Source of the DNA: Oscillospiraceae bacterium | Lineage (GTDB): Bacteria > Bacillota > Clostridia > Oscillospirales > CAG-272 | Length of the DNA: 64,000 nt | Assembly: GCA_015063805.1 (NCBI GenBank) | Contig: SVTK01000015.1 | Span: forward strand, 12,188-76,187 | Direction of reading: 5' to 3' | Part shown: positions 35,700 to 45,510 of the stretch, piece by piece | Numbering within the stretch: position 1 is the stretch's first letter | How the letters are laid out: each line of letters opens with the position of its first letter | Translations under genes and position numbers: made by a program | Notes under the pieces: generated by a model | Database searches by the model: none | The model's input: the letters and a program-made list of their open reading frames with translations, nothing else | Told to the model about the DNA's origin: nothing

Positions 35700-37649
35700 A
35701 TGACCAGCATTTCCGTCAATGATCTTTCCCTCTCCTTTGGCATCAAGCCGGTGCTGGAGAAGGTGTCCTTTTCTCTGGAGGAGGGGGACAAGCTCGGCAT
35801 CATCGGTGTCAACGGCTGCGGCAAGTCCACGCTGTTCAAGCTGATTTTGGGCGAGCTGGAACCTGATGAAGGCAATATCTTCTTTTCCAAAAATAAAACC
35901 GTAGGTGTGCTGACACAGGATGGAGCATTTGAGGTCAGCGACCTCTGCGGCGACACCGTTCTTGAACAGATGTATGCCGCCTATCCCCAGCATATCGCCG
36001 CGGAAGAACGGCTGGCCGAGCTGGAGGCAGCACTCCATGACGAGGACCGTCCCACCGAGGAAACCATGCGCATTTCCACCGAATACGCCGAGCTCTATCG
36101 CAGGTACAGCGAAGGCGGCGGTCTGGAGTTCCGGGGCCGTGCCGCATCCATCCTCACCAAAATGGGCTTTGATGCCGACACGCAGAAGCAATCGGTTGAG
36201 GTGCTTTCCGGCGGCCAGCGCACCAGGCTGGCGCTGGCAAAACAGCTCTGCGCCGAACCCGACATTCTTCTGCTGGACGAGCCCACCAACCACCTGGACA
36301 TTGAAACCATGGGCTGGCTGGAGAACTTCCTCATGGACTACAGCGGGAATGTCCTCATCATCTCCCACGACCGCTTCTTCCTTGATCGGGTCACCAACAA
36401 GACCCTGCGCATCGAGCATTGCCGCGCCAAGCTTTACAACGGCGGCTACACCGCCAGCGTAGCGCAGTACGAAACCGACCGCGCCATCCAGGAGAAGCAT
36501 TACCGCAATCAGCAGAAGGAGATCGCACGGCAGGAGGCGTATATTGCCCAGCAGAGGGCATGGAACCGTGAACGGAACATCATTGCCGCCGAATCGAGAG
36601 AAAAGGCACTGGAGCGCATGGTGAAGGTCGAGCGCCCCCAGGATGCCCCCAAGGCCATTCGGATGCGCTTCACCGCATCGGGGGAGAGCGGCAACGAAGT
36701 GCTCCGCGCCCGGGGACTTTCCATGGGCTTCGGAGAGAACTCCCTCTTCTCGGGGCTGGACTTTCTCATCAAAAAGCGGGAGCGCGTCTTTATCGTCGGC
36801 CCCAACGGCTGCGGAAAATCCACCCTCATCAAGCTGATGCTGGATCAGCTCGCTCCCACCGCCGGACTGATCGAATTCGGCTACAATGTGGAGATCGGCT
36901 ACTACGACCAGGAAAACCAAAATCTCACTCCCTCCAACACGGTACTGGAGGAACTGTGGTCGGCTTATCCTTCCCTGCCCGAGCTGGAGATTCGCTCGGC
37001 TCTGGCCCTCTTCCTCTTCCGCGGGGATGATATTGAGAAGACAGTTTCCGTCCTCAGCGGCGGTGAGCGGGCGCGGCTGACCCTGGCCAAGCTGATCCTC
37101 TCCCGCATGAATCTGCTGATCCTGGACGAGCCCACCAACCATCTGGACATCAACTCCCGCGAGGCACTTGAGGCTGCCCTGGAAGGCTTCGACGGCACGC
37201 TGATCACGGTGTCCCACGACCGCTACCTCATTGACAAGCTGGCCACCCGCATCCTTGCCCTCTCCCCCGGAGAGGCCATGGGGGGCGGTGATCTCTACGA
37301 TTATCGGGTCACCCACGAGGGACAGGGCTACAGCGAGCTCCGCGCGCTGATGGCCGAGCGGGAAGCGATTTATGCCGAAAACCAGATTGATTCCCCCGTC
37401 CAAACCTCCGGCGGAGGCCGTGAGCAGTACCTGCAGCAGAAGAAATCCCGCAATGATGACCGGAAAGAGAAAAAACGTCGGGAAGCCATGGCACGGGAGC
37501 AGGTCAAGCTGGAAGCCGAGCTGGAAGCACTGGAGGCCGAGCTCTACGGCGAGGCCGCCACCGACTATGTCCGCGCCGCCGAAATCGATGCACGGCGCGC
37601 CGAGGTGGAGGAGCGGCTGATGGAGATTTACGAAGAGCTGGAGGGGTAA
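35700..37649 (+). CDS. ABC-F family ATPase (YdiF/Uup-like)
   Basis: two cassettes GVNGCGKST / GPNGCGKST, LSGGQ / LSGGE, LDEPTNHLD x2, no TM, C-terminal coiled coil. Confidence 0.94.
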   Translation: MTSISVNDLSLSFGIKPVLEKVSFSLEEGDKLGIIGVNGCGKSTLFKLILGELEPDEGNIFFSKNKTVGVLTQDGAFEVSDLCGDTVLEQMYAAYPQHIAAEERLAELEAALHDEDRPTEETMRISTEYAELYRRYSEGGGLEFRGRAASILTKMGFDADTQKQSVEVLSGGQRTRLALAKQLCAEPDILLLDEPTNHLDIETMGWLENFLMDYSGNVLIISHDRFFLDRVTNKTLRIEHCRAKLYNGGYTASVAQYETDRAIQEKHYRNQQKEIARQEAYIAQQRAWNRERNIIAAESREKALERMVKVERPQDAPKAIRMRFTASGESGNEVLRARGLSMGFGENSLFSGLDFLIKKRERVFIVGPNGCGKSTLIKLMLDQLAPTAGLIEFGYNVEIGYYDQENQNLTPSNTVLEELWSAYPSLPELEIRSALALFLFRGDDIEKTVSVLSGGERARLTLAKLILSRMNLLILDEPTNHLDINSREALEAALEGFDGTLITVSHDRYLIDKLATRILALSPGEAMGGGDLYDYRVTHEGQGYSELRALMAEREAIYAENQIDSPVQTSGGGREQYLQQKKSRNDDRKEKKRREAMAREQVKLEAELEALEAELYGEAATDYVRAAEIDARRAEVEERLMEIYEELEG

Positions 37650-37782
37650 CCTCAAAACAGATCGCGCGATGCGCGGAGCAAGCTCCGCGCATCGCCTTTT
37701 TTCTCACGGTGTAACCTTTCCCGCAAAAACGGTGCTTATTTGGGTGAAGGGCCTTCAAACCAAACAGAAAGGAGATGACGCC

Positions 37783-38343
37783 ATGGAAGACAGGGAGATT
37801 GTGGATCTGTTTCTGTGCCGTGACGAGCGTGCCATCGGACAGGCCGCCGAGAAATACGGCAATCGCCTGCGCACATTGGCCTACGGTATTGTGGAAGATC
37901 GGCAGACCGCCGAGGAATGCGAAAATGACACTTATCTCGAAGCGTGGAACGCCATTCCGCCCCATGAGCCGCGGGATTATCTCTACGCCTTTCTCGCCCG
38001 GATCACCCGCCACCTTGCCCTCAACTGCTGCCGCGACCGTGCACGTTTGAAGCGCAGCGCGGAGATCTGCACCTTGAGTGATGAGTTGGAGCAATGCCTG
38101 CCGGCCCCCGATGATACCGCCTGCCGCATGGACGACATGGAGCTGGGAGGAATCATCAACGCATTTCTCGCTGGGCTGGACGGAGAAAAGCGGAATGTGT
38201 TTATTCGGCGATATTGGTACCTGGACTCGGTGGCCGATATCTCCCAGCGCTTTGCTCTTTCCCAGAGCAAGGTGAAGACCCTGCTCTTCCGCTGTCGGAA
38301 GCAGCTGCGAAAATATCTTGAACAGGAAGGTTACCATCTATGA
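37783..38343 (+). CDS. ECF RNA polymerase sigma factor
   Basis: AEECENDTYLEAWNAIPP, FIRRYWYLDSVADIS..SKVKTLLFRCRKQLRKYLEQEG. Confidence 0.92.
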   Translation: MEDREIVDLFLCRDERAIGQAAEKYGNRLRTLAYGIVEDRQTAEECENDTYLEAWNAIPPHEPRDYLYAFLARITRHLALNCCRDRARLKRSAEICTLSDELEQCLPAPDDTACRMDDMELGGIINAFLAGLDGEKRNVFIRRYWYLDSVADISQRFALSQSKVKTLLFRCRKQLRKYLEQEGYHL

Positions 38344-39152
38344 GAGGAAATGAATTGCTGGACAAAATGGCACTGATCGATCCCGCTTACCTTGCGGCGG
38401 CCGATGCGGTGCCAAAACAGAAAATCGGATGGGTCAGGCTGGGGGTGCTGGCTGCCTGCCTCTGCCTCATCGCGGGAGTATGCCTTGTTCCCGCCCTGCG
38501 GAATGAGTCCCCTGCCCCGCCTTTCTCCCCTGTGCCCAATCCCGACGGCTCCGTTGAACGGGATTCCGAACCTGCCGTCTATCCGCCCCATACCATCCTC
38601 AAGCCGGGGGACGAGGGGTACATCGCCCCCGCCGAAACCGTTGCGCCGGGACAAAACCACAACATCTTCGCCCCCTTCATCGGTGAAGCCACAGAAGGGG
38701 CAGATCTGCCCAACATCCCCCCCATGATCTCGTTCTTCGGCGAGACGGCTGACCGTGAGATCGAACCGGTACCAAACGGCGAAGTGCAGCTTTCCCCTTC
38801 GCTTCGGGCCGCAATGGCTCACTACGGAGATTCAGCCAACTACCGGGTGCTGGTCATGCTTTTCCGGGACGAGCAGCCCATTCCCGGCAGGGCTGAAGCA
38901 GCCCTGCCGGAGGCAGAGCGACTGGGCAAACTGGGGTACATCGTGGCCATGGAAACCTACGGGCCCATCGATGATCCCGCCGCGGGTGTGACCGATTTCA
39001 CCCTGCACGCCACATACGCCCAGCTGACGGAATTCCCCAATTCCGGTGAATTGGGATATTCCCTGATGCTGTACGGCGAATACTTCGGCGAGAGCGCCAT
39101 GGGGAATGTTCCGGTAGTCTTCCACGGCTTTGCCGGGATGGAAAATGAATGA
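38340..39152 (+). CDS. putative anti-sigma factor
   Basis: ATGA overlap with sigma; LLDKMALIDPAYL N-terminus, LAACLCL TM, extracytoplasmic domain. Confidence 0.75.
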   Translation: MRGNELLDKMALIDPAYLAAADAVPKQKIGWVRLGVLAACLCLIAGVCLVPALRNESPAPPFSPVPNPDGSVERDSEPAVYPPHTILKPGDEGYIAPAETVAPGQNHNIFAPFIGEATEGADLPNIPPMISFFGETADREIEPVPNGEVQLSPSLRAAMAHYGDSANYRVLVMLFRDEQPIPGRAEAALPEAERLGKLGYIVAMETYGPIDDPAAGVTDFTLHATYAQLTEFPNSGELGYSLMLYGEYFGESAMGNVPVVFHGFAGMENE

Positions 39153-39186
39153 AAAAAGGTCTGCCGCTGTGCGGCAGACCTTTTTT
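39152..39186. terminator. bidirectional terminator
   Basis: A6-GGTCTGCCGC/GCGGCAGACC-T6. Confidence 0.85.
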
Positions 39187-39192
39187 CATCCG

Positions 39193-39942
39193 TCAGAATT
39201 TTCCGCCGCCTCCGCCGTGACTGCGGCCGGAGGAGGAGGTATGGGTGCGTGAACCGCCCGAAGAGCTGGTTTGCTTCGCCACGCGGTGAACATTGCGGTA
39301 GAGGAAGAAATCGTTGGAGCCGGTGATGTTCAGACTGCCTGCCTTGACATAATCGGCAGCTGCTGTGGCGGCTCTTACGGTTTTGAGCTCACCCTTCAGC
39401 TTACCCGTCACAATGAATGCAGCCACAAGGCCAACGCCAAGCGAAATCAGCAATGCCTTGCCGAAATCAAAGGGGTAACCGTTGACCTCGCCATTGATGT
39501 AATAATCGCAGTCATCGGCAAAAGCCTCGAAGGCATCGGAATTGTCTCCCTGCCCCAAATAACCCGCTACATTTTCGCCGATGGACTCGATGCGGTAATC
39601 ATCGAAGATGTTGATGCAGCGTCCTGCAGTGGAGATCCACCACTCACGGTATTCCATACTCACCAGCAGAAGAATGCCGTCGTTGCCGAAGTTGGCATCG
39701 TAGTAATCATCGGCAAAATCCATGGGGGATTTTCCCTCAGTGGACATTACCGTGACGACCGCCACATCCATGCCGTAGGCTTCACTGATGCTGTCGAAAC
39801 GGGCGAGAAGCTCTGCCTCCTCCCCGGCACTCAGCAGATCCGCGCCGTCATAGAGGCGGGGCATCCCTTCAGCCGAGACGCCAAGGGAAAGCAGGATCGA
39901 GAGGGAGATCAGCACGAGACAAATGTAAATTTTCTTTTTCAT
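39193..39942 (-). CDS. TPM-domain membrane protein
   Basis: signal peptide, YDGADLLS, FADDYYD..DGILLLVSM, TM, Gly/Ser tail SHGGGGGKF. Confidence 0.88.
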   Translation of the reverse strand: MKKKIYICLVLISLSILLSLGVSAEGMPRLYDGADLLSAGEEAELLARFDSISEAYGMDVAVVTVMSTEGKSPMDFADDYYDANFGNDGILLLVSMEYREWWISTAGRCINIFDDYRIESIGENVAGYLGQGDNSDAFEAFADDCDYYINGEVNGYPFDFGKALLISLGVGLVAAFIVTGKLKGELKTVRAATAAADYVKAGSLNITGSNDFFLYRNVHRVAKQTSSSGGSRTHTSSSGRSHGGGGGKF

Positions 39943-39959
39943 ATGTTTCTCTCTCCTCC

Positions 39960-41045
39960 TTACAGCAGCCAGAACAGGAACTGCAGCGCAAAAGCGGCAG
40001 CGCCGGCAATGGCAAATACCGAGAAGAACCAGCGTTCATAGGCTCCCTTGTCCACCGGCAGATCACCCACCATTTTCCCCGTCTGTCCGTTCATGGCAAA
40101 GGTGTATTTTTGCCCGTTCCAGTTGGTGGTAAGAAGCCACACGGGATAAAGGGCATACTTGGTGACACCGTCTGAGAAGTTCACCCCGGAGCTTTCGGTA
40201 ATCACCGTATCGTAACCGGTAACCGTTCTGCGGAACGCCTCTTCTGTGCTCTTCTTGATGCGCTCATTGGCGCGGTTAATGCTGGTTTCGGCATCCACAT
40301 CGTATTTATCGGCGAGGTAGCCGGCCAGATATGCCGTCTGAAAATCCACCGCCTCACGGAAATCGTAGGGCTCGATGGACTCCATCAGGGTGTCATCAAT
40401 CTTGGAGGAACCGTCCACGGGAACCCGGGTGAAACCCAGAGAACCACTTCGGTTGACAGAAAAATATGAGGTTTCGGTATAATTGTAGCGGCTGTCTGAC
40501 CAAAATCTTGTCCGGGTGGCCTTATAGCGGACATTGGCATTGGCATCGGCATCAAAGAGCCAGAAAGGAACGTAGATCCCCTTCACCTCTTCAATATGAT
40601 TCTGATCGGCAAACACCTTGGGCAGCAAGCGCTTACCGCCGTAATGCCGCTTGAGGGCCTCCACCGCCGCCTTCTTGTCCAGCTTAAAGGGGATCACATA
40701 ATCAGGCTTCAGTGCCCCCGAGAACTTACCCATCATCACCACGGGATTGCCGCAATACGGACAAGAGGTGGCACCGCAGTTTTCGTCGCCCACAATTTCG
40801 CCGCCGCAGGATTGGCAGCTGTAAACATGAAGGCCATCGGTCTCACCCTCATCCCACTCCCCTCCCGCGCGCTCGGCCCAATCCATTTGATCGGCAGGCT
40901 CATGCTTGAGCGCCTCATCGTAAGAGGCCAGGGTCTCCATTTCAAATTCGGTATCGCAATAGGGACACTTCATTTTTTGCGACGCGCTGTCAAAGGCAAT
41001 CGCACCGCCGCAGCAGGGACATTTGTATTCCTGGAGAACTGCCAA
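39960..41045 (-). CDS. Zn-ribbon membrane protein (partner of TPM/SPFH modules)
   Basis: CPCC/CPYC/CQSC/CPYC, GIYVPFWLFD, YALYPVW, MNGQTGK, C-terminal TM; TTGACG-17-TATAAT promoter 41125-41097. Confidence 0.85.
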   Translation of the reverse strand: MAVLQEYKCPCCGGAIAFDSASQKMKCPYCDTEFEMETLASYDEALKHEPADQMDWAERAGGEWDEGETDGLHVYSCQSCGGEIVGDENCGATSCPYCGNPVVMMGKFSGALKPDYVIPFKLDKKAAVEALKRHYGGKRLLPKVFADQNHIEEVKGIYVPFWLFDADANANVRYKATRTRFWSDSRYNYTETSYFSVNRSGSLGFTRVPVDGSSKIDDTLMESIEPYDFREAVDFQTAYLAGYLADKYDVDAETSINRANERIKKSTEEAFRRTVTGYDTVITESSGVNFSDGVTKYALYPVWLLTTNWNGQKYTFAMNGQTGKMVGDLPVDKGAYERWFFSVFAIAGAAAFALQFLFWLL

Positions 41046-41219
41046 ATTGATCACTCCTTCGTTTATTTCATCGCAGGGCGGAAATTATTCGACTCTATTA
41101 TATCACATCCGTCATGGCCCGTCAATCTCCTCCGCCGTCACTTTTCGCTTTTTTTCAAAATCCGCTTCACCAAAACAGGCGGGATCTCACCCCGATCGGA
41201 GCAAAATCCCGCTTGCTTT

Positions 41220-41744
41220 CTATATGCCATAGGTTCCTGTTATCGGATCTCTGAAAATCCCGATTTCAGGGGTGAAAAAGGTGAATACCGCGAACAGCAC
41301 GGCAATTATGCAAAGCAAGACGAATGCCGCCTTCGGCCAGCGACACCGCCCGGCACCACGGTTGAACTGCCGTGTTTCAACGAGATACACAGCCGCCGCC
41401 GAGAGAAAAAAGATCGCAATATTGATCCAGTCGGGAGAACTGCCGATCACACCGTTGTAAGTGTAAAACAGCACGGGGATCAAGGCAAGACCGAGAAGGT
41501 TCCCGCGAAGCTTTACGCACCAAAAATCCTCACGATCGCGGAAAAAATATGACTGAACAATCGCAAAGATGAACATGGGCCAAAACAAAAGTTTCATGTG
41601 TTCCCATGTGGATTCATTCACCCCGGAAAAAGGGGAAATCAAGACGGATTCTCCGCTCCAATCATATAAAAAATGCAAAATTGTTCCCCCAAGAGAGGTA
41701 ACAGCAAAGCCCCAAAGCTGCCAAAGACCGATTGCATATTTCAT
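41220..41744 (-). CDS. DUF6512-like membrane protein
   Basis: LGGTILHFLYDW, VNESTWEHMKL, FYTYNG, FRDPITGTYG; GGAGG RBS. Confidence 0.75.
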   Translation of the reverse strand: MKYAIGLWQLWGFAVTSLGGTILHFLYDWSGESVLISPFSGVNESTWEHMKLLFWPMFIFAIVQSYFFRDREDFWCVKLRGNLLGLALIPVLFYTYNGVIGSSPDWINIAIFFLSAAAVYLVETRQFNRGAGRCRWPKAAFVLLCIIAVLFAVFTFFTPEIGIFRDPITGTYGI

Positions 41745-41942
41745 GGCATCCTCCCGCAGCAGTATATTTTCAGAACAGTATATGACTGCAGGTGGGGATT
41801 TATACTGTTTTCTCCTCATCATCGCCGATGGATGACAATGAATCCCGATATTCATTTCATACACGGAACAATCCCGTGCAAAAACTCCGGAAAAGAAAAA
41901 TCTTTTGTAAAGGGCAGTGAAAATTATGGCTAAAAACAAAAG

Positions 41943-41974
41943 AAAATCGGAGGTTCGGTTGAACCTCCGATTTT
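41943..41974 (-). terminator. terminator of the original tRNA-Pro locus
   Basis: AAAATCGGAGGTTC-ggtt-GAACCTCCGATTTT immediately after CCA. Confidence 0.8.
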
Positions 41975-42018
41975 GGTCTGAGTGACAAGACTTGAACTTG
42001 CGGCCTCTACCACCCCAA
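41974..42018 (-). repeat. att site: 3' half of tRNA-Pro(GGG)
   Basis: minus strand TTGGGGTGGTAGAGGCCGCAAGTTCAAGTCTTGTCACTCAGACCA = anticodon loop, T arm, acceptor strand, CCA; no D arm/5' half upstream. Confidence 0.85.
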
Positions 42019-42248
42019 CGCCAAAATTAACGTTTTTCCGGTACTTTTTCGTTTTTTTCGTACTTCCCTGTCCGGAAAAATCGCATTTCCGTGCTCTCGT
42101 GTGCTCTTGTGTCCGAATAGTCCGTGCGTGTCTATGGTCTGAATATGTGGTCAAACTTGCCTCCCGAATTTTGCAGCGAATGCGGTTCGGGAGGCATTTG
42201 CATTGTAGCACTTGTGAAGGTGATTGTCAAGAGGTTTCGCGGGTGAAA

Positions 42249-42290
42249 ATTTGGGATGCATAGTCAAAGATTTGGGATGCATAGTCAAAG
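42249..42290 (+). repeat. 21-bp tandem duplication
   Basis: ATTTGGGATGCATAGTCAAAG x2. Confidence 0.9.
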
Positions 42291-42458
42291 AAAAGGGGAG
42301 GACATACATGCAGGCAGAACTTTAATAACATAGGAAGATCGACGAATACAAAACATACAATTCGCGTGTTACATGCATAAGCCAAAGGCTTGGGAACCCA
42401 CTTTATATCCTCACAGATAGCCAACCGGCTATCTTGAAAATTGTGTGCGCCGAAAAAA

Positions 42459-44228
42459 TCAGTGCGGTATTTTTACATCAATGTAAACTGCACAATGATC
42501 GCTCGCCTTCAGCGCATTTTCATCTGTGATAATTCTGTGGACATAGGATATAATTCCCTCGCTGATGAAGATGCGGTCGATACTTTCCTTTGATACCGGC
42601 ATTTTTCCAACTTCATGGTTTGTTCCTATCCCCTCCATACTACTAACGGTTGATACGATCTCAGGATTAAGCAAACCACCCTTTACGGCTTCTGCATATC
42701 CCTTTGCATGACGATAGAAATTGTAGTCACCGGTACTGAAAGAAGGAAGATTTCCGTATTTTGTACGCAATTCCGCAATGATTTCCAACATTTCGCGAAC
42801 GTTATCTGCCCGCCATTCGGCACCTTCAACCTCATTGGTCCCGGGAATATTGTAACTTGCAGAAAGCATTGCACCGTGCAGATTTGTGACAATAAAATCC
42901 GGACTGCCATCCAACGGCGAAAGAACGGCCCAGGAAATTGATTTGGTATTGGTGCCTTTATAGCTTGAACGCAGGAATCTCACGCCGGCTTCCAACAGTT
43001 CAAACTTATCCTTGCGGTAAAGAATCGGGGTATAGTTGGCAATTTCTCCATTGTCGTGCCATCTTTGATTGTACGCATAAAATTCAAGCAAGGGCTTGAT
43101 GACATAGCTCTGAACGGTCTTGTTTGCTTCCTGCAAACCGATTACATCGGGAAGATACTGCTTGATCAGATCGATCATATAGGGGAAGCGTTCCTCATAG
43201 TTTTCCTGTGCGCCCAGCGTATTCAAGGTCATGACCCGAAAATCCGCCTCGGCATAAACGGGGTACTGATGCATTGTTGCATCAGTCAAGGCAATGTCAC
43301 CGACATCAACCTTCCCGGTTTTTCCTTTCAGATAATTCTCGGAAAATAAAAGCACAGCATTGCTGGTTGTCCATCCGCTCTTCCCTGCCAGTACCATTGT
43401 CCCCTCTTTGTGTTCAATTGCGTACATGGCAGGATCGGCCCCTTCCTGCGTGATTGCGGAGACGTTGGTTCCCTCACACGGTGAAATATCTGTATTGCCG
43501 GGAAGGCCAACCAAAATTTTCTTTTTCTGAGCCTGATCCATCGACACAACATTCAAATTCCAACCACATGCAAAAGCGATCTCCTGCTGCAAAAGGACAG
43601 CTGCATCCTTGAACTGACTCTCTGTGTAAGCAATGGAATATTCAGTAATCGGGTTTCCGCCAAGAGACAGCACATCAATCGGATACGCAACATTGTGCAA
43701 AATCATCGTGTCACGCGGAATGAGGATCTCCCCATTTGCGATGGACGACAGGAATGTACGAACGAACGTCGCACAGGCTTCCGCTGTCGCTTCGGGGCTT
43801 CCGCCGCAAATAACAATACGTTCATTTTCTACCGAGATGGAATATTCGCCGACTCGAAGTTTTGATGCTGCTTGAATAGATTCCTCACGATTCGTCACGC
43901 CCAGCAAAATTTCCTTTTTGGGACGAGAGGCAGGGTCTGTGCCGGGTCTCTCCCAGTCATCGGTCAGGTTAATATCAATTCCGGCCTTCAAAAATGCGCC
44001 ATAGAGATCGGAACCTGCATCAACCACGCATGGGTCTGCTGTTTCCGCTCGAACAATGGTATATTCACTCTTGCTCCCTGTTGCCAGAACAATCGGTTCC
44101 ATGGCAGGAACTGATTGTTCAAGAGGGGACGTTGTTTCGGATACATTTACATCTTCGCTTGTGTCCTGACAGCCAATTAACAGCAAGACAGACAAAAACA
44201 ATGGGAGAAAGACAAATTTCTTTTTCAT
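42459..44228 (-). CDS. lipoprotein: two GH20-domain-2-like modules + endonuclease/exonuclease/phosphatase (EEP) domain
   Basis: lipobox LIGC; EILLGVTNR / KILVG repeats; RVMTLN, PDVIGLQE, STGDYN, IDRIF, ASDHCAV. Confidence 0.85.
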   Translation of the reverse strand: MKKKFVFLPLFLSVLLLIGCQDTSEDVNVSETTSPLEQSVPAMEPIVLATGSKSEYTIVRAETADPCVVDAGSDLYGAFLKAGIDINLTDDWERPGTDPASRPKKEILLGVTNREESIQAASKLRVGEYSISVENERIVICGGSPEATAEACATFVRTFLSSIANGEILIPRDTMILHNVAYPIDVLSLGGNPITEYSIAYTESQFKDAAVLLQQEIAFACGWNLNVVSMDQAQKKKILVGLPGNTDISPCEGTNVSAITQEGADPAMYAIEHKEGTMVLAGKSGWTTSNAVLLFSENYLKGKTGKVDVGDIALTDATMHQYPVYAEADFRVMTLNTLGAQENYEERFPYMIDLIKQYLPDVIGLQEANKTVQSYVIKPLLEFYAYNQRWHDNGEIANYTPILYRKDKFELLEAGVRFLRSSYKGTNTKSISWAVLSPLDGSPDFIVTNLHGAMLSASYNIPGTNEVEGAEWRADNVREMLEIIAELRTKYGNLPSFSTGDYNFYRHAKGYAEAVKGGLLNPEIVSTVSSMEGIGTNHEVGKMPVSKESIDRIFISEGIISYVHRIITDENALKASDHCAVYIDVKIPH

Positions 44229-44261
44229 TTTATGATCCTCCTGTTTTAGAACTAATATCAT

Positions 44262-45392
44262 TTATGCCTGATGCGTTCCGTACAAACAATGTTTGATTCT
44301 GGGGAGTACATACTCCTCCTGATTATTGAGCATGTGCTGCGCATAGAAGAGAGAAAGGTGATTCTCCGGATCGATCAGAACATATGATCCGGCTGCACCG
44401 TGCCACCCAAATTCTCCGTACGGTCCGGGATTCCCTACGGAAGTGTCCATCATTGTTCTAACGCCAAACCCGTAGCCGTAACCATCATAGCAGTGCCATT
44501 GGGCAGCAAATTCGGCAAGCTGGTTTTCGTTGAGACAGTTGGTCCGCATCATATCGATCATATGACCGGAGAGGATCTGTTCCCCCGTCGCAGCTACACC
44601 GCCACAGGCCAATGCATCGGCAAAAAGAATATAATCCCGCACGGAAGAAATCAATCCTGCACCTCCGCTTTCATATTCACTGCCCAGCACGTACATATTG
44701 GTCAGCGGAATTTGCTCCGCCCTCCCGGTTTTATCATTAAAACGGTATTGTGTTGCCATTTTTTCGGCAATTGCGGAATTGAACCGGAATGTACTTTCTA
44801 TCATGCCGCAGGGAGTAAAAATATTCTTCTTGGCATACTCTTCAAAAGACATTCCCGAGATTACCTCAACAGCTCTTGCCAGCACATCGTGGCTCAAACC
44901 GTATCCAAACTGCTCTCCGGGGTGAAAATCCAGTGGCATTTTGGCAATTCCGCGAACTACATCACACAAAGGAGATCGGCCGCCTGTTCGTTCACCGACA
45001 TTCTGCAGATATGCTGAGGTAAGATTATAGGAAAGGCCCGATGTCATCGTGAAAAGATCGCGGAATGTGATTTCCCGGTTTGGCTCGACCGTATAGGCAC
45101 CGCAGCGGACTCGAATGTCACGGAATTCCGGAAGCACGCTCGAGATAGGATCACGCATTAAAAATTTTCCTTGAGAAAAAAGCTGCAGTGCTGCCGTACA
45201 GGTAATTACCTTTGAGCAGGAATACATGAAATATAATTCGTTGCCGTGAAGTTTCATTCCGCTTGTGTTATCCGGTGTACTGACCGTATAACGGTACAGT
45301 TCTTCATGATCACGGTACACAACAATATCTCCGCCGGGGATACCCCGTTGGGAAAGGCTGTTCATCAATTCTGTAAGATATTTGAAATCCAT
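44262..45392 (-). CDS. cytoplasmic serine hydrolase, beta-lactamase/class C esterase family
   Basis: MYSCSK (SxxK), DLFTMTSGL, PGEQFGYG, SGGAGL, FGWHGAAGS; no signal peptide. Confidence 0.9.
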   Translation of the reverse strand: MDFKYLTELMNSLSQRGIPGGDIVVYRDHEELYRYTVSTPDNTSGMKLHGNELYFMYSCSKVITCTAALQLFSQGKFLMRDPISSVLPEFRDIRVRCGAYTVEPNREITFRDLFTMTSGLSYNLTSAYLQNVGERTGGRSPLCDVVRGIAKMPLDFHPGEQFGYGLSHDVLARAVEVISGMSFEEYAKKNIFTPCGMIESTFRFNSAIAEKMATQYRFNDKTGRAEQIPLTNMYVLGSEYESGGAGLISSVRDYILFADALACGGVAATGEQILSGHMIDMMRTNCLNENQLAEFAAQWHCYDGYGYGFGVRTMMDTSVGNPGPYGEFGWHGAAGSYVLIDPENHLSLFYAQHMLNNQEEYVLPRIKHCLYGTHQA

Positions 45393-45510
45393 ATTGCCCA
45401 CTCCTCTTGATTTTTGTCCGAAACGATTGATGCCAAAATTTTCACAGAATGGTTCCGCATCGATCATATCGAATGTCAGACCGAAATAATTTCGTAATGC
45501 TTGTATCTCA

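Noticed and set aside
35700-37649. antibiotic-resistance ABC-F
   Set aside because: has arm and C-terminal coiled-coil like housekeeping YdiF/Uup types and host-like composition; subfamily needs HMM typing
35178-37655. 825-aa minus-strand ORF (and similar long ORFs 14631-16850, 21218-23029, 23723-25909, 5913-7127, 224-955)
   Set aside because: antisense shadows of well-supported genes in GC-rich DNA; no motifs or RBS
41974-42018. intact tRNA-Pro gene
   Set aside because: only anticodon loop to CCA is present; upstream sequence cannot form the D arm or acceptor 5' strand
41930-42424. short ORFs in the att region and 63050-63515 in the oriT region
   Set aside because: overlap tRNA fragment/repeats, no RBS or recognisable motifs
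44262-45392. beta-lactam resistance gene
   Set aside because: no signal peptide; motifs and context fit a cytoplasmic esterase of the same fold
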